Assembly (NCBI GenBank): GCA_965223845.1
Contig: CBDCXR010000004.1
Location: 2,400,001-2,464,000 of the forward strand
DNA: 64,000 nt
Source: Planctomycetota bacterium
GTDB lineage: Bacteria > Planctomycetota > UBA8108 > SXIK01
Direction: 5' to 3'
The translations under genes and the position numbers were made by a program. A model generated the notes under the pieces. It was not told the DNA's origin and did no database searches. It saw only the letters and a program-made list of their open reading frames with translations. Numbering within the stretch: position 1 is the stretch's first letter; every line of letters starts with the position of its first letter. Positions 1 to 11,616 of this stretch are shown one piece after another.

Positions 1-1
1 T

Positions 2-3000
2 GGAGCGCAGTCGCTGCCCGAGCTCTTTCGGCGGAGCGGCTACCGTACGGTCGCGATCGGGAAGATCTCGCACACCGCCGATGGCAAGGTCTACGCGTAC
101 AACGGCGGAGGCGACGGACGCCCCGAGATGCCGAACGCGTGGGACGCGCTACCGACGCCGTACGGCGCGTGGAAGCGTGGATGGGGCGTGTTCTTCGCGT
201 ACGAGGGAGGCCGGCACCGCGAAGACGGGGGCGGCAACAAAGATCTCCTCGAGTTTACCGCAAAGGCGGACGACGAGCTCCCGGACGGGCAGATCGCCGA
301 ACGGGCCGTCGAGCAACTCCGCGACCTCTCGTCGCGGGCGGAACCGTTTTTTCTCGCGGTCGGATTCTTCAAGCCGCACCTCCCGTTCGTCGCGACTGCC
401 GGCGACTGGGAAGCGATGGCCGGCGTCGACGTGCCGCCGCCGGAGTCGCCCGAGCGCACGCTCTCGGAGTACTGGCACGGAAGCGGCGAGTTCTACAAGT
501 ACGACACGGCGATGAAGAAGACGAAGCCGCTCGCTACCGAAGACCAGATCACCGCGCGGCGGGCGTACCTCGCGTGCGTGCGCTACGTCGATCGCCAAGT
601 GGGGAAGGTCCTCAGCTCACTCGAGGAGCTCGGTCTCGCGGAGTCGACGATCGTCGTTGTCTGGGGCGATCACGGTTGGCACCTCGGCGATTCGGCGATC
701 TGGGGAAAACACTCTCCGCTCGAGCGAGCGCTCCGAAGCACGCTCATCATCCGCGCGCCGGGGGTATCCCGCGCGGGTCTCGTCGCCGATGGCGTCGTCG
801 AGACGATCGATCTCTACCCGACGCTCGTCGATCTCTGCGCGCCTCGATTCACCCGAACGCGATTTCCGCTCGACGGGCGAACTCTCCGGCCGATGCTCAC
901 CGGAGAACGCGAAGCCGTCCGAACCGCGGCCGTCAGTTACTGGGGCGCGGCGGTCAGCGTTCGAACGGCGACTCACCGACTCGTCGCGACGCGGAAGGGC
1001 GACGATCTGTCAAAGGTCGAGCTCTACGCGGTGAGCGACGGACCGGATCCCGAGGCGTCGAAGAATCTCGCGGCGAGTCGTCTGGACCTCGTCGGACGAC
1101 TTCTCAAGGAAGTTCCCGAGCGTGCCGCGACTCCACACCGTTCGGCCGGTTTCGCGCAGGAAAGCGCATTCCTACCTCGGGGGCTCGAGGAGAAGGACGT
1201 TCTCACGATCGCCGCAACGCCTCGCGGCGTTTATGCGGGGACGAAGGGCGGCGCGTTCCGGCTCGACGGCGACCGATGGCAGCCGACGGACGAGCTTCCG
1301 CCCGCTCGCGTGCCGGCGATCACCGCAACACCCGATGGACTACTCGCCGTCGTCGGGGACGCCCTCTGCGAACTCTCGGCGGCGGGAGAACGACGCCGCA
1401 TCGCGCCGGCTCCCCCGGGGAGTGTGAGCGATCTCGAGACTCGAAGCGGCGTGACGATGATCGCAACGGATCGCGGACTCTTTCGCATTCGCGGAGGAGC
1501 CGCGGAGCCGGATGCCGCCCTCGCGCGGATCGCGGGGAATCCTTTCGACATTCGCTCCGTAGCGATCGGTCCGAGCGGCGCACCCGCGATCGCCGCCGCC
1601 TCCGGCCTCTACGAGAAGCGAGACGATTCCTGGCGCCGCGTTCTCCCGCGAGCGGGGAGCCGCTCCTGGGCGCCCCACGATGTGCGCGCGGTCGCCTACG
1701 ACGTGGTCGACCGCCTTTGGTTCGCGAGTCCACAAGGCGTGGGAGTTCGAGCCGAATCCGGTTGGACGCTCTACGACGGCCGCGATGGCCTACCCTACGC
1801 CGACTTCACCTCGATCGCGACCGGGCTCGACGGTGCGGTGTGGTTCGGCACGCGGCGTGGAGCGATTCGATGGAGCGGCGGCGATTGGGCGTATCGCCAG
1901 AGTCGACGCTGGCTTCCGGGCGACGACGTACGGGATGTCGCGATCGATTCGAACGGAACGATCTGGTTCGCGACGGCAAAGGGCGCGGGTCGCATCTCCT
2001 ACTCGCCGACAACGCTCGCAGAGAAGGCTGACGCCTACGAGGAAGCGATCGAACGCTACCATCGGCGCACTCCCTACGGGTACGTCGACTCCGCGACGCT
2101 TTCGCGTCCAGGCGATCGAAGCGAGTGGCAAAACCACGACAGCGACAACGACGGCCTGTGGACGAGCATGTACGGCGCGAGCCAGTGCTTCGCCTACGCT
2201 GCGACACGCGACCCTGCAGCAAAGGAACGCGCGCGACGCGCTTTCGAGGCGCTCCGCTTCCTCCGCGAGGTCACGCGAGGCGGCGAGCACTCGCCGCCCG
2301 AGGGTTTTGTCGCGCGAACGATCCGCCCGGCGACGGGCCCCGACCCGAATGCCGGTCGCGCGGAGTCCGACAAGAAATTCCGGGCCGAACGCGATCGGAA
2401 GTGGAAGCTCATCGAGCCGCGCTGGCCGAAGAGCGCCGACGGAAAGTGGTACTGGAAATCGGACACGAGCTCCGACGAGCTCGACGGACACTATTTCTTT
2501 TATCCGCTCTACTACGACCGCGTCTGCGAGACGGAAGCCGAGCGCGCTCCCGTTCGCGAAGTCGTCCGGGCGATCACCGATCACCTCATCGCGCACGACT
2601 TTCGGCTCGTCGACCACGACGGGCTCCCCACTCGCTGGGCGCAGTTCGGTCCACGGGAGCTGAACGACGATCCGACATGGTGGGAAGAGCGCGGCCTCAA
2701 CTCGCTCAGCGTCCTCTCTTACCTCGCGGTCGCGCAACACATGACGGGCGATTCCAAGTACGGTGAAGCTGCGCGCGAACTGCGCGAGAAGCACAGTTAC
2801 ACCCTGAACGTTCTCTACCCGAAAAATCAAAACGGCCCCGCCTCCGGCAATCAGTCGGACGACGAGATGGCCTTCATGGGTTACTACAACCTCATCCGCT
2901 ACGAACCTGATCCGGAACTCCGCTCGGTCTGGACGTACTCGTTCCACGAATACTGGACGCGTGAACGCCCCGAGCGAAATCCTCTGTTCAACTTTCTCTA

Positions 3001-3370
3001 CGCGTCGGTCGCCCGCGGCACGAAGTGGGAGGACGCGTTCAACACGATCGATCTCACCGCGAGGGGCGATTGGCTCGCCGACTCACGCGATTCACTCGAA
3101 CGCTTCCCGCTCGATCTCGCCGACTGGCCGATGGCGAACAGCCATCGACTCGACATCGCGTTGCTTCCACAGTTCCTTCGCCCGGGAGTGAAGGCGAAAC
3201 GCGGACACCGACCCGACGGCAAGGTGCTTCCGGTCGACGAACGCTTCTTCACTCACTGGAACCACGACCCGTGGGTCCTGGACACGGGTGGCTCGGGGCG
3301 ACGACTGGCGGACGGGGCGACGTTCTTGCTTCCGTACTACCTCGGGCGGTACTACGGGTTCGTGGAGTAG
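2..3370 (+). CDS. Sulfatase (iduronate-sulfatase-like) fused to a beta-propeller region and a C-terminal helical glycosidase-like domain; 5' end lies outside the window
   Basis: The frame is open from base 2 (SLPELFRRSGYRTVAIGKISH). Sulfatase motifs PFFLAVGFFKPHLPF, WGDHGWHLG and VETIDLYPTL are followed by propeller repeats (DVRAVAYD..LWFAS, GAVWFGT, GTIWFAT) and a DSDNDGLWT / SDTSSDE helical domain. Confidence 0.8.
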   Translation, partial: GAQSLPELFRRSGYRTVAIGKISHTADGKVYAYNGGGDGRPEMPNAWDALPTPYGAWKRGWGVFFAYEGGRHREDGGGNKDLLEFTAKADDELPDGQIAERAVEQLRDLSSRAEPFFLAVGFFKPHLPFVATAGDWEAMAGVDVPPPESPERTLSEYWHGSGEFYKYDTAMKKTKPLATEDQITARRAYLACVRYVDRQVGKVLSSLEELGLAESTIVVVWGDHGWHLGDSAIWGKHSPLERALRSTLIIRAPGVSRAGLVADGVVETIDLYPTLVDLCAPRFTRTRFPLDGRTLRPMLTGEREAVRTAAVSYWGAAVSVRTATHRLVATRKGDDLSKVELYAVSDGPDPEASKNLAASRLDLVGRLLKEVPERAATPHRSAGFAQESAFLPRGLEEKDVLTIAATPRGVYAGTKGGAFRLDGDRWQPTDELPPARVPAITATPDGLLAVVGDALCELSAAGERRRIAPAPPGSVSDLETRSGVTMIATDRGLFRIRGGAAEPDAALARIAGNPFDIRSVAIGPSGAPAIAAASGLYEKRDDSWRRVLPRAGSRSWAPHDVRAVAYDVVDRLWFASPQGVGVRAESGWTLYDGRDGLPYADFTSIATGLDGAVWFGTRRGAIRWSGGDWAYRQSRRWLPGDDVRDVAIDSNGTIWFATAKGAGRISYSPTTLAEKADAYEEAIERYHRRTPYGYVDSATLSRPGDRSEWQNHDSDNDGLWTSMYGASQCFAYAATRDPAAKERARRAFEALRFLREVTRGGEHSPPEGFVARTIRPATGPDPNAGRAESDKKFRAERDRKWKLIEPRWPKSADGKWYWKSDTSSDELDGHYFFYPLYYDRVCETEAERAPVREVVRAITDHLIAHDFRLVDHDGLPTRWAQFGPRELNDDPTWWEERGLNSLSVLSYLAVAQHMTGDSKYGEAARELREKHSYTLNVLYPKNQNGPASGNQSDDEMAFMGYYNLIRYEPDPELRSVWTYSFHEYWTRERPERNPLFNFLYASVARGTKWEDAFNTIDLTARGDWLADSRDSLERFPLDLADWPMANSHRLDIALLPQFLRPGVKAKRGHRPDGKVLPVDERFFTHWNHDPWVLDTGGSGRRLADGATFLLPYYLGRYYGFVE

Positions 3371-3644
3371 CGGCTGAGAATCGGTGTCATCCCACGGCGC
3401 GGCGCGGGGAAGAAGGAAAAGATCGCACGACGATAGTTTGGGACGGGCACGCACGACGGAAGAACGCAGCGCGAACTCCCGCTCAGCGACCCTCGCTCCG
3501 CATTTTTTTTCTCTTCTCTCTTCCCTTCGTGCCCCCCCTAACCCTTCGTGGTGCAATCTCCTCCCACGCTCGCAAACCGCCGCACGGATCGGCCGAGCGC
3601 GCAGGGGTTCGAACACGCAAGGATTCGAGCGCGCAAGGGTCGAG

Positions 3645-4220
3645 CTACAGATTGAGCTGCAGCCGCGCCGCCTCCGACATCCGCTCGGGCCCCCACGGCG
3701 GATCCCACACGAGCTCGACTTTCGCTTCTCGCACGCCGAGCGCCCCGCTCACCTTCTGCTCGACCTCGGGCGGGAGCGTCCCCGCGACAGGACACATCGG
3801 CGACGTCAGAGTCATCTTGATGAACGCCTTCCCTTCGACGTCGACCTTGATCTCGTAGATGAGACCGATCTCGTAGATGTTGATCGGAATCTCCGGGTCG
3901 AAGATCGTGCGGAGGACGCCGACGATGCTCTCCTTGATCGCTTCCTCGTCGGGATGCGGCTCAAACGGTTCCGGCGAGGCGGGAGCGGGCGCAGACGGAC
4001 TCGCCGACGCCGGGACGTTCGGATCGGGCGAACTCCCCGCCGCCGAACTGGAATCCGCGGCCGGATCGGTATCCGCGCTCGGTGCGGCGGGCGCCGAGTC
4101 CTCAGGACGTTTGCTCTCCGTCGCGTTCGGGATGTCTTCTTGCATCGATCTTTCTCCCGCGGATTTCTGTTCCCGCTGGGACTCCTCGGGTCCGCCGCCG
4201 AACCACCGCTTCCAGTTCAC
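3645..4220 (-). CDS. sufT: SUF Fe-S assembly factor, DUF59/SufT family, with a low-complexity N-terminal extension
   Basis: LRTIFDPEIPINIYEIGLIY, MTLTSPMCPVA and VWDPPW motifs; last gene of the suf operon. Start codon uncertain. Confidence 0.85.
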   Translation of the reverse strand: MNWKRWFGGGPEESQREQKSAGERSMQEDIPNATESKRPEDSAPAAPSADTDPAADSSSAAGSSPDPNVPASASPSAPAPASPEPFEPHPDEEAIKESIVGVLRTIFDPEIPINIYEIGLIYEIKVDVEGKAFIKMTLTSPMCPVAGTLPPEVEQKVSGALGVREAKVELVWDPPWGPERMSEAARLQLNL

Positions 4221-4224
4221 GGCC

Positions 4225-4676
4225 CTACTCCGTCGAGACAGACTTCTTCTCGCCGCGCAAGGCGGCGTGCAGTGTGTGCCAGCAGAGACTCGCGCACTTC
4301 ACACGCGTGGGAAACTCGCACACGCCCTGAAATACTGCGAGCTTGCCGAGCGCCGCCGGATCGATCGCATCCTTCGGATCTCCGACGAGCATCGTATGAA
4401 ATCGTTCGAAGATCTCCTCGGCTTCGGCCTTGGTCTTGCCGACGAGCGTCTCAGTGAGGAGCGACGCCGAAGCCGTCGAGATCGCGCAGCCCGAGCCCTC
4501 GAAGCTGATATCTCTCACGCGGTCCCCGTCGAGCTCGAGGTAGAGCGTGAGACGATCGCCGCAGAGCGGATTGTAGCCCTCGAGGGTGCAGGTCGGCTGC
4601 TCGATGGCGCGAAAGTTCCGCGGATTTCGTCCGTGGTCGAGGATGACTTCCTGGTAGAGCTCTCTCAGGTCGGACA

Positions 4677-4677
<1 letters not shown>
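4225..4677 (-). CDS. sufU: SufU/NifU-like sulfur-transfer scaffold
   Basis: LYQEVILDH, NPLCGD, GSGCAIS and RVKCA conserved Cys motifs. Confidence 0.93.
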
Positions 4678-5945
<1,268 letters not shown>

Positions 5946-5952
5946 GGATTCC

Positions 5953-7296
5953 TCATCCCTCGGCGACGGCGACCGGAGACTCCCCCGGAAGCTGGGCGAA
6001 CAACGAGCTCTGCAGCGCCGTCCGAACCGGCGCGATGCGGATCCCGTTCAGGACCTCGCACGCGAACGCGTAGGTGAGCAGGCTCTGCGCCGTCGCCGTG
6101 TCGATCCCGCGAGTGCGTAGATAAAAGAGGGGCTCTCTTTCGAGCTCACCGATGGTCGCGCCGTGCGTGCAGCGGACGTCGTCGGCGTAAATCTCGAGCT
6201 CGGGCTTCGAGTTCATTACCGCATCGGGAGATAGGAGCAGCGTTTGATTCGTCTGCTTCGCATCGGTCTTCTGCGCGTCCTCGGCGACGAAGATCTTGCC
6301 GTTGAACGCTGCCGAGCACTCGTCGCGGAGGATGTGCTTGTACATCTCCCAGCTATTGCAGTGCGGTTTCGCGTGCACGATGCGCGTCTGATTGTCGACG
6401 TGCTGGCGGCCGCCGATGGCGACGAGCCCGTTGAGTGTACATTCGGCGCCCTCGTCGTCGAGCGTTGCGTCGACGTTGTTCCGAACGAGTGCCCCACCGG
6501 TGCACACGACGTTCGAGACGAAACGGCTGTCTCGCGCCAGGTCGATCGCCGTGCTCGAGACGTGGATCGTGTCCGCGCCCTCGCGAACGACGCGGACGTG
6601 ATCGAGATCCGCGTTGGCAGCGAGCGCGATTTCGGTCACCGCGTTCGTGAAATGGCGTTCCGAGGGGAGTCCCTCGGCGTAGTCCTCGACGAGCGACAAC
6701 CGCGCGCCGCGACCGAGGCGGACGAGGACGCGCGTGTACGCGCCAACCGCCGGCTCCTCGCCGTTCGCCGCACTGAGAAAGAGGAGGTGAACGGGCTCGT
6801 CGACGACGACGCCGGGAGCGACATCGAGGATCGCACCGCCCTGAACGAACGCCGTGTTGAGTGCGACGAGGCTCCGCTCCGGAACGACGCTCGAAAACAG
6901 CGGCTCCACGGCGGGGACGGCATCGAACGCACCGGTCAGTCCGCGGATCGTCGCGCCGTCGGGTAGATCGCCGAGCTGAGAGAGTTCGGCGGCGAAATGA
7001 CCGTTCACGAAAACGAGTCGAGAGCCGGTCAGCCCGCTGAACTCGTGCTCCTCCACCCGCTCGCGGGAGACCGACGCGACGCTCGAGCGATCCGCCGGGC
7101 GAAACTCGTGCTTCGCGAGCGCGCGCAGATTCGTGTACTTCCAGTCCTCGTCGCGCACGGAAGGAAGGCCCGCCGCGCGGTAAGCGGCGATGGCTTCGCG
7201 GCGGCGCGCGGCGAGCCAGCCGCCGGCATCGCCATTCTGCTCGCGCGCGTCGAAGGCGGTGACAAAGGTGTCGTTGGCATCCATGAGCTGAATCAT
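5953..7296 (-). CDS. sufD: Fe-S cluster assembly protein SufD
   Basis: EDWKYT, AQKTDAKQ, KPELEIYADDVRCTHGATIG and LFYLRTRGI. Confidence 0.95.
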   Translation of the reverse strand: MIQLMDANDTFVTAFDAREQNGDAGGWLAARRREAIAAYRAAGLPSVRDEDWKYTNLRALAKHEFRPADRSSVASVSRERVEEHEFSGLTGSRLVFVNGHFAAELSQLGDLPDGATIRGLTGAFDAVPAVEPLFSSVVPERSLVALNTAFVQGGAILDVAPGVVVDEPVHLLFLSAANGEEPAVGAYTRVLVRLGRGARLSLVEDYAEGLPSERHFTNAVTEIALAANADLDHVRVVREGADTIHVSSTAIDLARDSRFVSNVVCTGGALVRNNVDATLDDEGAECTLNGLVAIGGRQHVDNQTRIVHAKPHCNSWEMYKHILRDECSAAFNGKIFVAEDAQKTDAKQTNQTLLLSPDAVMNSKPELEIYADDVRCTHGATIGELEREPLFYLRTRGIDTATAQSLLTYAFACEVLNGIRIAPVRTALQSSLFAQLPGESPVAVAEG

Positions 7297-7366
7297 GTCT
7301 CTCCGGTTCCCTGGAGGTCCGGCGCTAGCGATCGAGCCGCGCCGATTCCGTCGCGATCGCAGGGAC

Positions 7367-8113
7367 TCACGCCGCCTCTTCGATCCAGGCGTATCCCTTC
7401 TCCTCGAGCTCGAGTGCGAGCTCCTTTCCTCCCGTCTTGACGATGCGACCGCCGGCGAGGACGTGCACGAAGTCCGGGACGATGTAGTCGAGGAGACGCT
7501 GGTAGTGAGTGATCACGAGCGTGGACCGCTCGGGCGTACGCAGCGCGTTCACTCCCGCAGCGACGGTTTGGAGCGCATCGATGTCGAGGCCGGAATCCGT
7601 CTCGTCGAGGATGGCGAGCTTCGGCTCGAGAACCGCCATCTGAAAGATCTCGTTTCGTTTCTTCTCACCGCCCGAAAAACCCTCGTTCACCGATCGATTG
7701 AGAAGCGCCTCGTCCATGTCCACGAGCTTCATCTTCTCCTTCACCAGGGTGAGGAAATCGAGTGCGTCGATCTCGCTCTCACCGCGGTGCTTTCGAATGG
7801 CGTTGAGCGCAGTCTTCAGGAAGTAGGTATTGCTGACTCCCGGAATCTCGACGGGGTACTGAAACGCCATGAAGATGCCCTCGCAGGCTCTCTCCTCGGC
7901 TTCGAGCTCGAGGAGATCCTTCCCCTCGAACGCGACCTCGCCTTCGACGACCTCGTAGTCTTCGTGCCCCGCGAGCACCTTCCCGAGCGTGCTCTTTCCC
8001 GAGCCGTTCGGCCCCATGATCGCGTGCACCTCACCGGGGCGGATTTCGAGATCGATCCCGCGGAGGATAGGCGTGTCGTCCACATTCGCTTGGAGATTCT
8101 TGATCTTGAGCAT
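7367..8113 (-). CDS. sufC: Fe-S cluster assembly ATPase SufC
   Basis: [30 protein letters not shown] and [11 protein letters not shown]. Confidence 0.97.
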   Translation of the reverse strand: MLKIKNLQANVDDTPILRGIDLEIRPGEVHAIMGPNGSGKSTLGKVLAGHEDYEVVEGEVAFEGKDLLELEAEERACEGIFMAFQYPVEIPGVSNTYFLKTALNAIRKHRGESEIDALDFLTLVKEKMKLVDMDEALLNRSVNEGFSGGEKKRNEIFQMAVLEPKLAILDETDSGLDIDALQTVAAGVNALRTPERSTLVITHYQRLLDYIVPDFVHVLAGGRIVKTGGKELALELEEKGYAWIEEAA

Positions 8114-8219
8114 CGGGGTTCACCGATTGGGCCGCGCCGGTGCGGCGGCCGAACGTTCCTTCACGTAGTACGAACCGATTCCTGAAACCATCTCGAACGC
8201 TTCGCGCTCGAGGAGGCGA

Positions 8220-9665
8220 TCAGCCCACGCTTCCTTCGAGGCTGACGCTGAGCAGCTTCTGCGCCTCGACGGCGAATTCCATCGGGAGTTCTCGAAAGAC
8301 TTCCTTACAGAAGCCGTTCACGATCATGCCGACTGCGTCTTCCGTCGAGAGGCCGCGCTGGCGACAGTAGAAGATCTGGTCCTCGCCGATCTTCGACGTC
8401 GACGCTTCGTGCTCGACCTGCGCCGTCGGATTTCGCACCTCGATATAGGGAAAGGTGTGCGCGCCGCAGCGATCGCCCAGAAGCATCGAGTCGCACTGCG
8501 AAAAGTTGCGCGCGCCCTCGGCGCCCTTGTTCACTTTGACGAGACCTCGGTACGAGTTCTGACCGCGGCCGGCGGAGATTCCCTTCGAGACGATTGTGCT
8601 CTTCGTGTTTTTCCCGATGTGCACCATCTTCGTCCCGGTGTCGGCCTGCTGACGGTTGTTCGTGAGCGCGACAGAGTAAAACTCCCCGACCGAGTTGTCT
8701 CCCTGCAGGATGCAGCTCGGGTACTTCCAGGTGATCGCCGACCCCGTCTCGACCTGAGTCCACGAGATCTTCGAGTTCACTCCGCGGCACGCGCCGCGCT
8801 TCGTGACGAAGTTGTAGATGCCGCCCTTCCCGTCCTTGTCGCCGGGATACCAGTTCTGCACGGTCGAGTACTTGATCTGAGCGTCGTCGAGCGCGACGAG
8901 CTCGACCACCGCCGCGTGGAGCTGATTCTCGTCGCGCATCGGGGCCGTGCAGCCTTCGAGGTAGCTCACGTACGACCCCTTGTCGGCGACGATGAGCGTC
9001 CGCTCGAACTGCCCGGTATTCGCGGCGTTGATGCGAAAGTACGTCGACAGCTCCATCGGGCAGCGGACGCCCGGCGGCACGTAGCAGAACGATCCATCGC
9101 TGAAGACCGCGGAATTGAGCGCCGAAAAGAAGTTGTCCGCGACGGGGACGACGGAGCCGAGGTACTTTTCGACGAGTTCGGGATGCTGCTCCACGGCCTC
9201 GGAGAACGAGCAAAAGACGATGCCGAGCTCGGCGAGCTTGTCTTTGAACGTCGTCGCGACCGAGACGCTGTCGAACACCGCATCGACGGCGACCCCGGTG
9301 AGGCGCTTCTGCTCCTCGAGAGAGATTCCGAGCTTCTCGAACGTCTCGCGGAGCTCCGGGTCGACCTCATCGAGGCTGCTCAGCTTCTTCTTCGGCTTCG
9401 GCGCGGAGTAGTAGATGATCTTCTGGTAGTCGATCTCGGGAAACTCGACCTTCGCCCAGCGTGGACACGTCATTTTCTGCCACTGCTCAAGCGCCGCGAG
9501 TCGCCAGTTGAGGAGAAACTCCGGCTCGTTCTTCCGCTTCGAGATGTGGCGGACGACGTCCGGTCCGAGGCCGGGAGGGAGAGAATCGGCCTCGATGTCC
9601 GTGACGAAACCGTACTTGTATTCGCGATCCGCTAACTCGTGGATCGACTCAGTCGATGTCGACAT
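8220..9665 (-). CDS. sufB: Fe-S cluster assembly protein SufB
   Basis: [26 protein letters not shown] and TWKYPSC. Start placed at ATG 9665 (MSTSTES), which has an RBS. Confidence 0.96.
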   Translation of the reverse strand: MSTSTESIHELADREYKYGFVTDIEADSLPPGLGPDVVRHISKRKNEPEFLLNWRLAALEQWQKMTCPRWAKVEFPEIDYQKIIYYSAPKPKKKLSSLDEVDPELRETFEKLGISLEEQKRLTGVAVDAVFDSVSVATTFKDKLAELGIVFCSFSEAVEQHPELVEKYLGSVVPVADNFFSALNSAVFSDGSFCYVPPGVRCPMELSTYFRINAANTGQFERTLIVADKGSYVSYLEGCTAPMRDENQLHAAVVELVALDDAQIKYSTVQNWYPGDKDGKGGIYNFVTKRGACRGVNSKISWTQVETGSAITWKYPSCILQGDNSVGEFYSVALTNNRQQADTGTKMVHIGKNTKSTIVSKGISAGRGQNSYRGLVKVNKGAEGARNFSQCDSMLLGDRCGAHTFPYIEVRNPTAQVEHEASTSKIGEDQIFYCRQRGLSTEDAVGMIVNGFCKEVFRELPMEFAVEAQKLLSVSLEGSVG

Positions 9666-10338
9666 GATTCCTCGCTTCGCGCGATGCCGTGCTGGTCGTG
9701 AAACTCGGCTGCCCCTCGGTCCCGCCCGGTCGGGCGCCGTCACCCTCGCGGTCCCCGAACGCGCTCGGCTGCGTCGCGTTCGATTCCGCGTCGAAACGTG
9801 TTAGCCCGATCGGCTGAACTCTCGGCGCCGCAGCTGCGCTCGAGCCCGATCGCAACGTCTCGACGTACTCCTCGACGGCGCTCAGGTTCCGCTCCATCCA
9901 CTGCGTCATCGTCCGCTCACCCGAAATGAGATCCGCGAGAGACGTGCGCGAGAGGACGCTGTCGAGCATGAGCTGAAGGCCGGACCAGAGCGATCGGATC
10001 GAGCAATCGGGACTGTGGACGCAGAACTCTCGATCCGCGCGGTAGCGCTCGCAGGTCTTCGGCTCGTAGAGCTTGCCCCCGAGCGCGGTGAGCACCTCGG
10101 CGACTGTCGTCTCGGCCGCGGGTCGCGTGAGCGCGTAGCCGCCCTTGCACCCGCGCACGCCCTCGACGATCCCGGCCTTCGCCAGGATGCGGAAGAGCCG
10201 CCCGGCATACTGGCTCGAGAGCCCTTCGTGCTCGGCGATCGAGCCGACGGTGCGGTACTCACCGCCGGCGGCGTCGCCCGCGCGCGCGAGGTGTAGCACA
10301 CACCGAAGACCGTACTCTTCCTGGGCGGTAAACTTCAT
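9649..10338 (-). CDS. Rrf2 family Fe-S-sensing transcriptional regulator
   Basis: EYGLRC..LA N-terminus, wHTH with [10 protein letters not shown], and three Cys in C-x9-C-x5-C; heads the suf operon. Confidence 0.9.
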   Translation of the reverse strand: MKFTAQEEYGLRCVLHLARAGDAAGGEYRTVGSIAEHEGLSSQYAGRLFRILAKAGIVEGVRGCKGGYALTRPAAETTVAEVLTALGGKLYEPKTCERYRADREFCVHSPDCSIRSLWSGLQLMLDSVLSRTSLADLISGERTMTQWMERNLSAVEEYVETLRSGSSAAAAPRVQPIGLTRFDAESNATQPSAFGDREGDGARPGGTEGQPSFTTSTASREARNHVDID

Positions 10339-10537
10339 AATGAAAACACTTTAGAGCGCCTGTGGGGACCACCCGACACGGAAAGACTCCGAGAGTGTAG
10401 TGATTCTGACCCGATTTTCCACATCTTTGTAGTGAAATCGGTCGAACGGCGGGTTTGGGCGCCCGGAGCGTGGCGCACCGACGATCCCCGGCGGGCTTCA
10501 CGGCGATCGCTCGACCGCGGGCTCGAGAAGCCGTCGA

Positions 10538-11005
10538 TCAGAAGACGTCGATGTCTTCGGGTAGCGAATCCGGGACGTCCGGACGCTTGGCGCAGGGGGT
10601 CGGCTCGGAGTGCATCGCCGCCGGCCCCGCGCCGTGAGGCCTCGGTTCGGCCGCGAGTGATTCTCCTCCGGCCCTACGGACGAGCTCGTTCTGGAGCTTC
10701 CAGCTGAGGTCGTCGTCGAAGCACTTCGGGGCGAGCTTCGCGTATCCGACCTCGGTCAGGTAGCGCTCACCGCCCCACTCGAGCACGTCGAGGCCATCGA
10801 AGTAGACGCAGAAGTCGTCGTACCATGCCCACGCCCGCCCGATGGCGCTCTGGTGCCACGTGTCGACCACCTCGAACGCGACTACCGGTCGCCCGTCGAA
10901 GACCTTCACCTTGAAGGACGACTCCCGCCCGGCGGACCGGAGGTGCTCGGCGACGACGTCAAAAACGCTCGACCCGGGATCCTGCGACTCTGGACGTTCC
11001 GGCAC
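10538..11005 (-). CDS. Hypothetical protein
   Basis: GTG start with a GAGGAG RBS, natural amino-acid composition, codons mostly ending in G/C. Confidence 0.6.
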   Translation of the reverse strand: MPERPESQDPGSSVFDVVAEHLRSAGRESSFKVKVFDGRPVVAFEVVDTWHQSAIGRAWAWYDDFCVYFDGLDVLEWGGERYLTEVGYAKLAPKCFDDDLSWKLQNELVRRAGGESLAAEPRPHGAGPAAMHSEPTPCAKRPDVPDSLPEDIDVF

Positions 11006-11616
11006 GGACGACTCCTCGCGATGGTGGGAACGGCGCTCGATAGACCGGAGCAGTCTATCACACCAGGCGAGCGAGCCCAAGTTCGGGCTTCGTTCGAGTG
11101 CCGGCGGATCGCCGGAGAGTCCGGCGAAGAAAAAGGAGCCGAAGAAAGGCGACCTCGGACCGCCTCGCTCGGCTCCATATTCATTCCTTGCGGATTCGGT
11201 AGACGGCAGCGTTCGCTCGCTCGTCCACTCTGTGGGTGAAGCAAATCGTTCTCCTCGCGAAACAGAATTCCTTCGTCGCGTACGTCGAACGATTTCCCGA
11301 CCGAGATTTCGGGGAGAATTCCGCTATCCTCCCGCGAGCGCCGAGGATAACGGTCTCCGACTCGCGCGAAGAAGAAGTCGACCGCTCCGCTCTACCGGAT
11401 CCGGCACCGCACCTGAGTGAACGCTCTCTTCGCACTCGCTCCCGCGTACGTAAGAGACGCTTTACGGCAGCGGTCCCCATCAACGACCGAACGCGCTCCG
11501 CCGCGGTGATCGATTGCGCGGACGACGAGGACCGCGTTTCCCGCCGCGATGTAGAAACGGACGCCGAAGCCGGGTTACCTTTGAAGGGTTCTAAACGACT
11601 CCGGAGGGAGAGACTC

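Noticed and set aside
3601-3620. GGTTCGAA T-loop-like motif
   Set aside because: There is no cloverleaf or acceptor stem around it.
9666-9743. Extended N-termini from the ORF track (sufB, and likewise wzt, the sulfotransferase, the SDR and the 11236 and 17564 ORFs)
   Set aside because: Downstream starts have an RBS or translational coupling, and the extensions overlap neighbouring genes or promoters.
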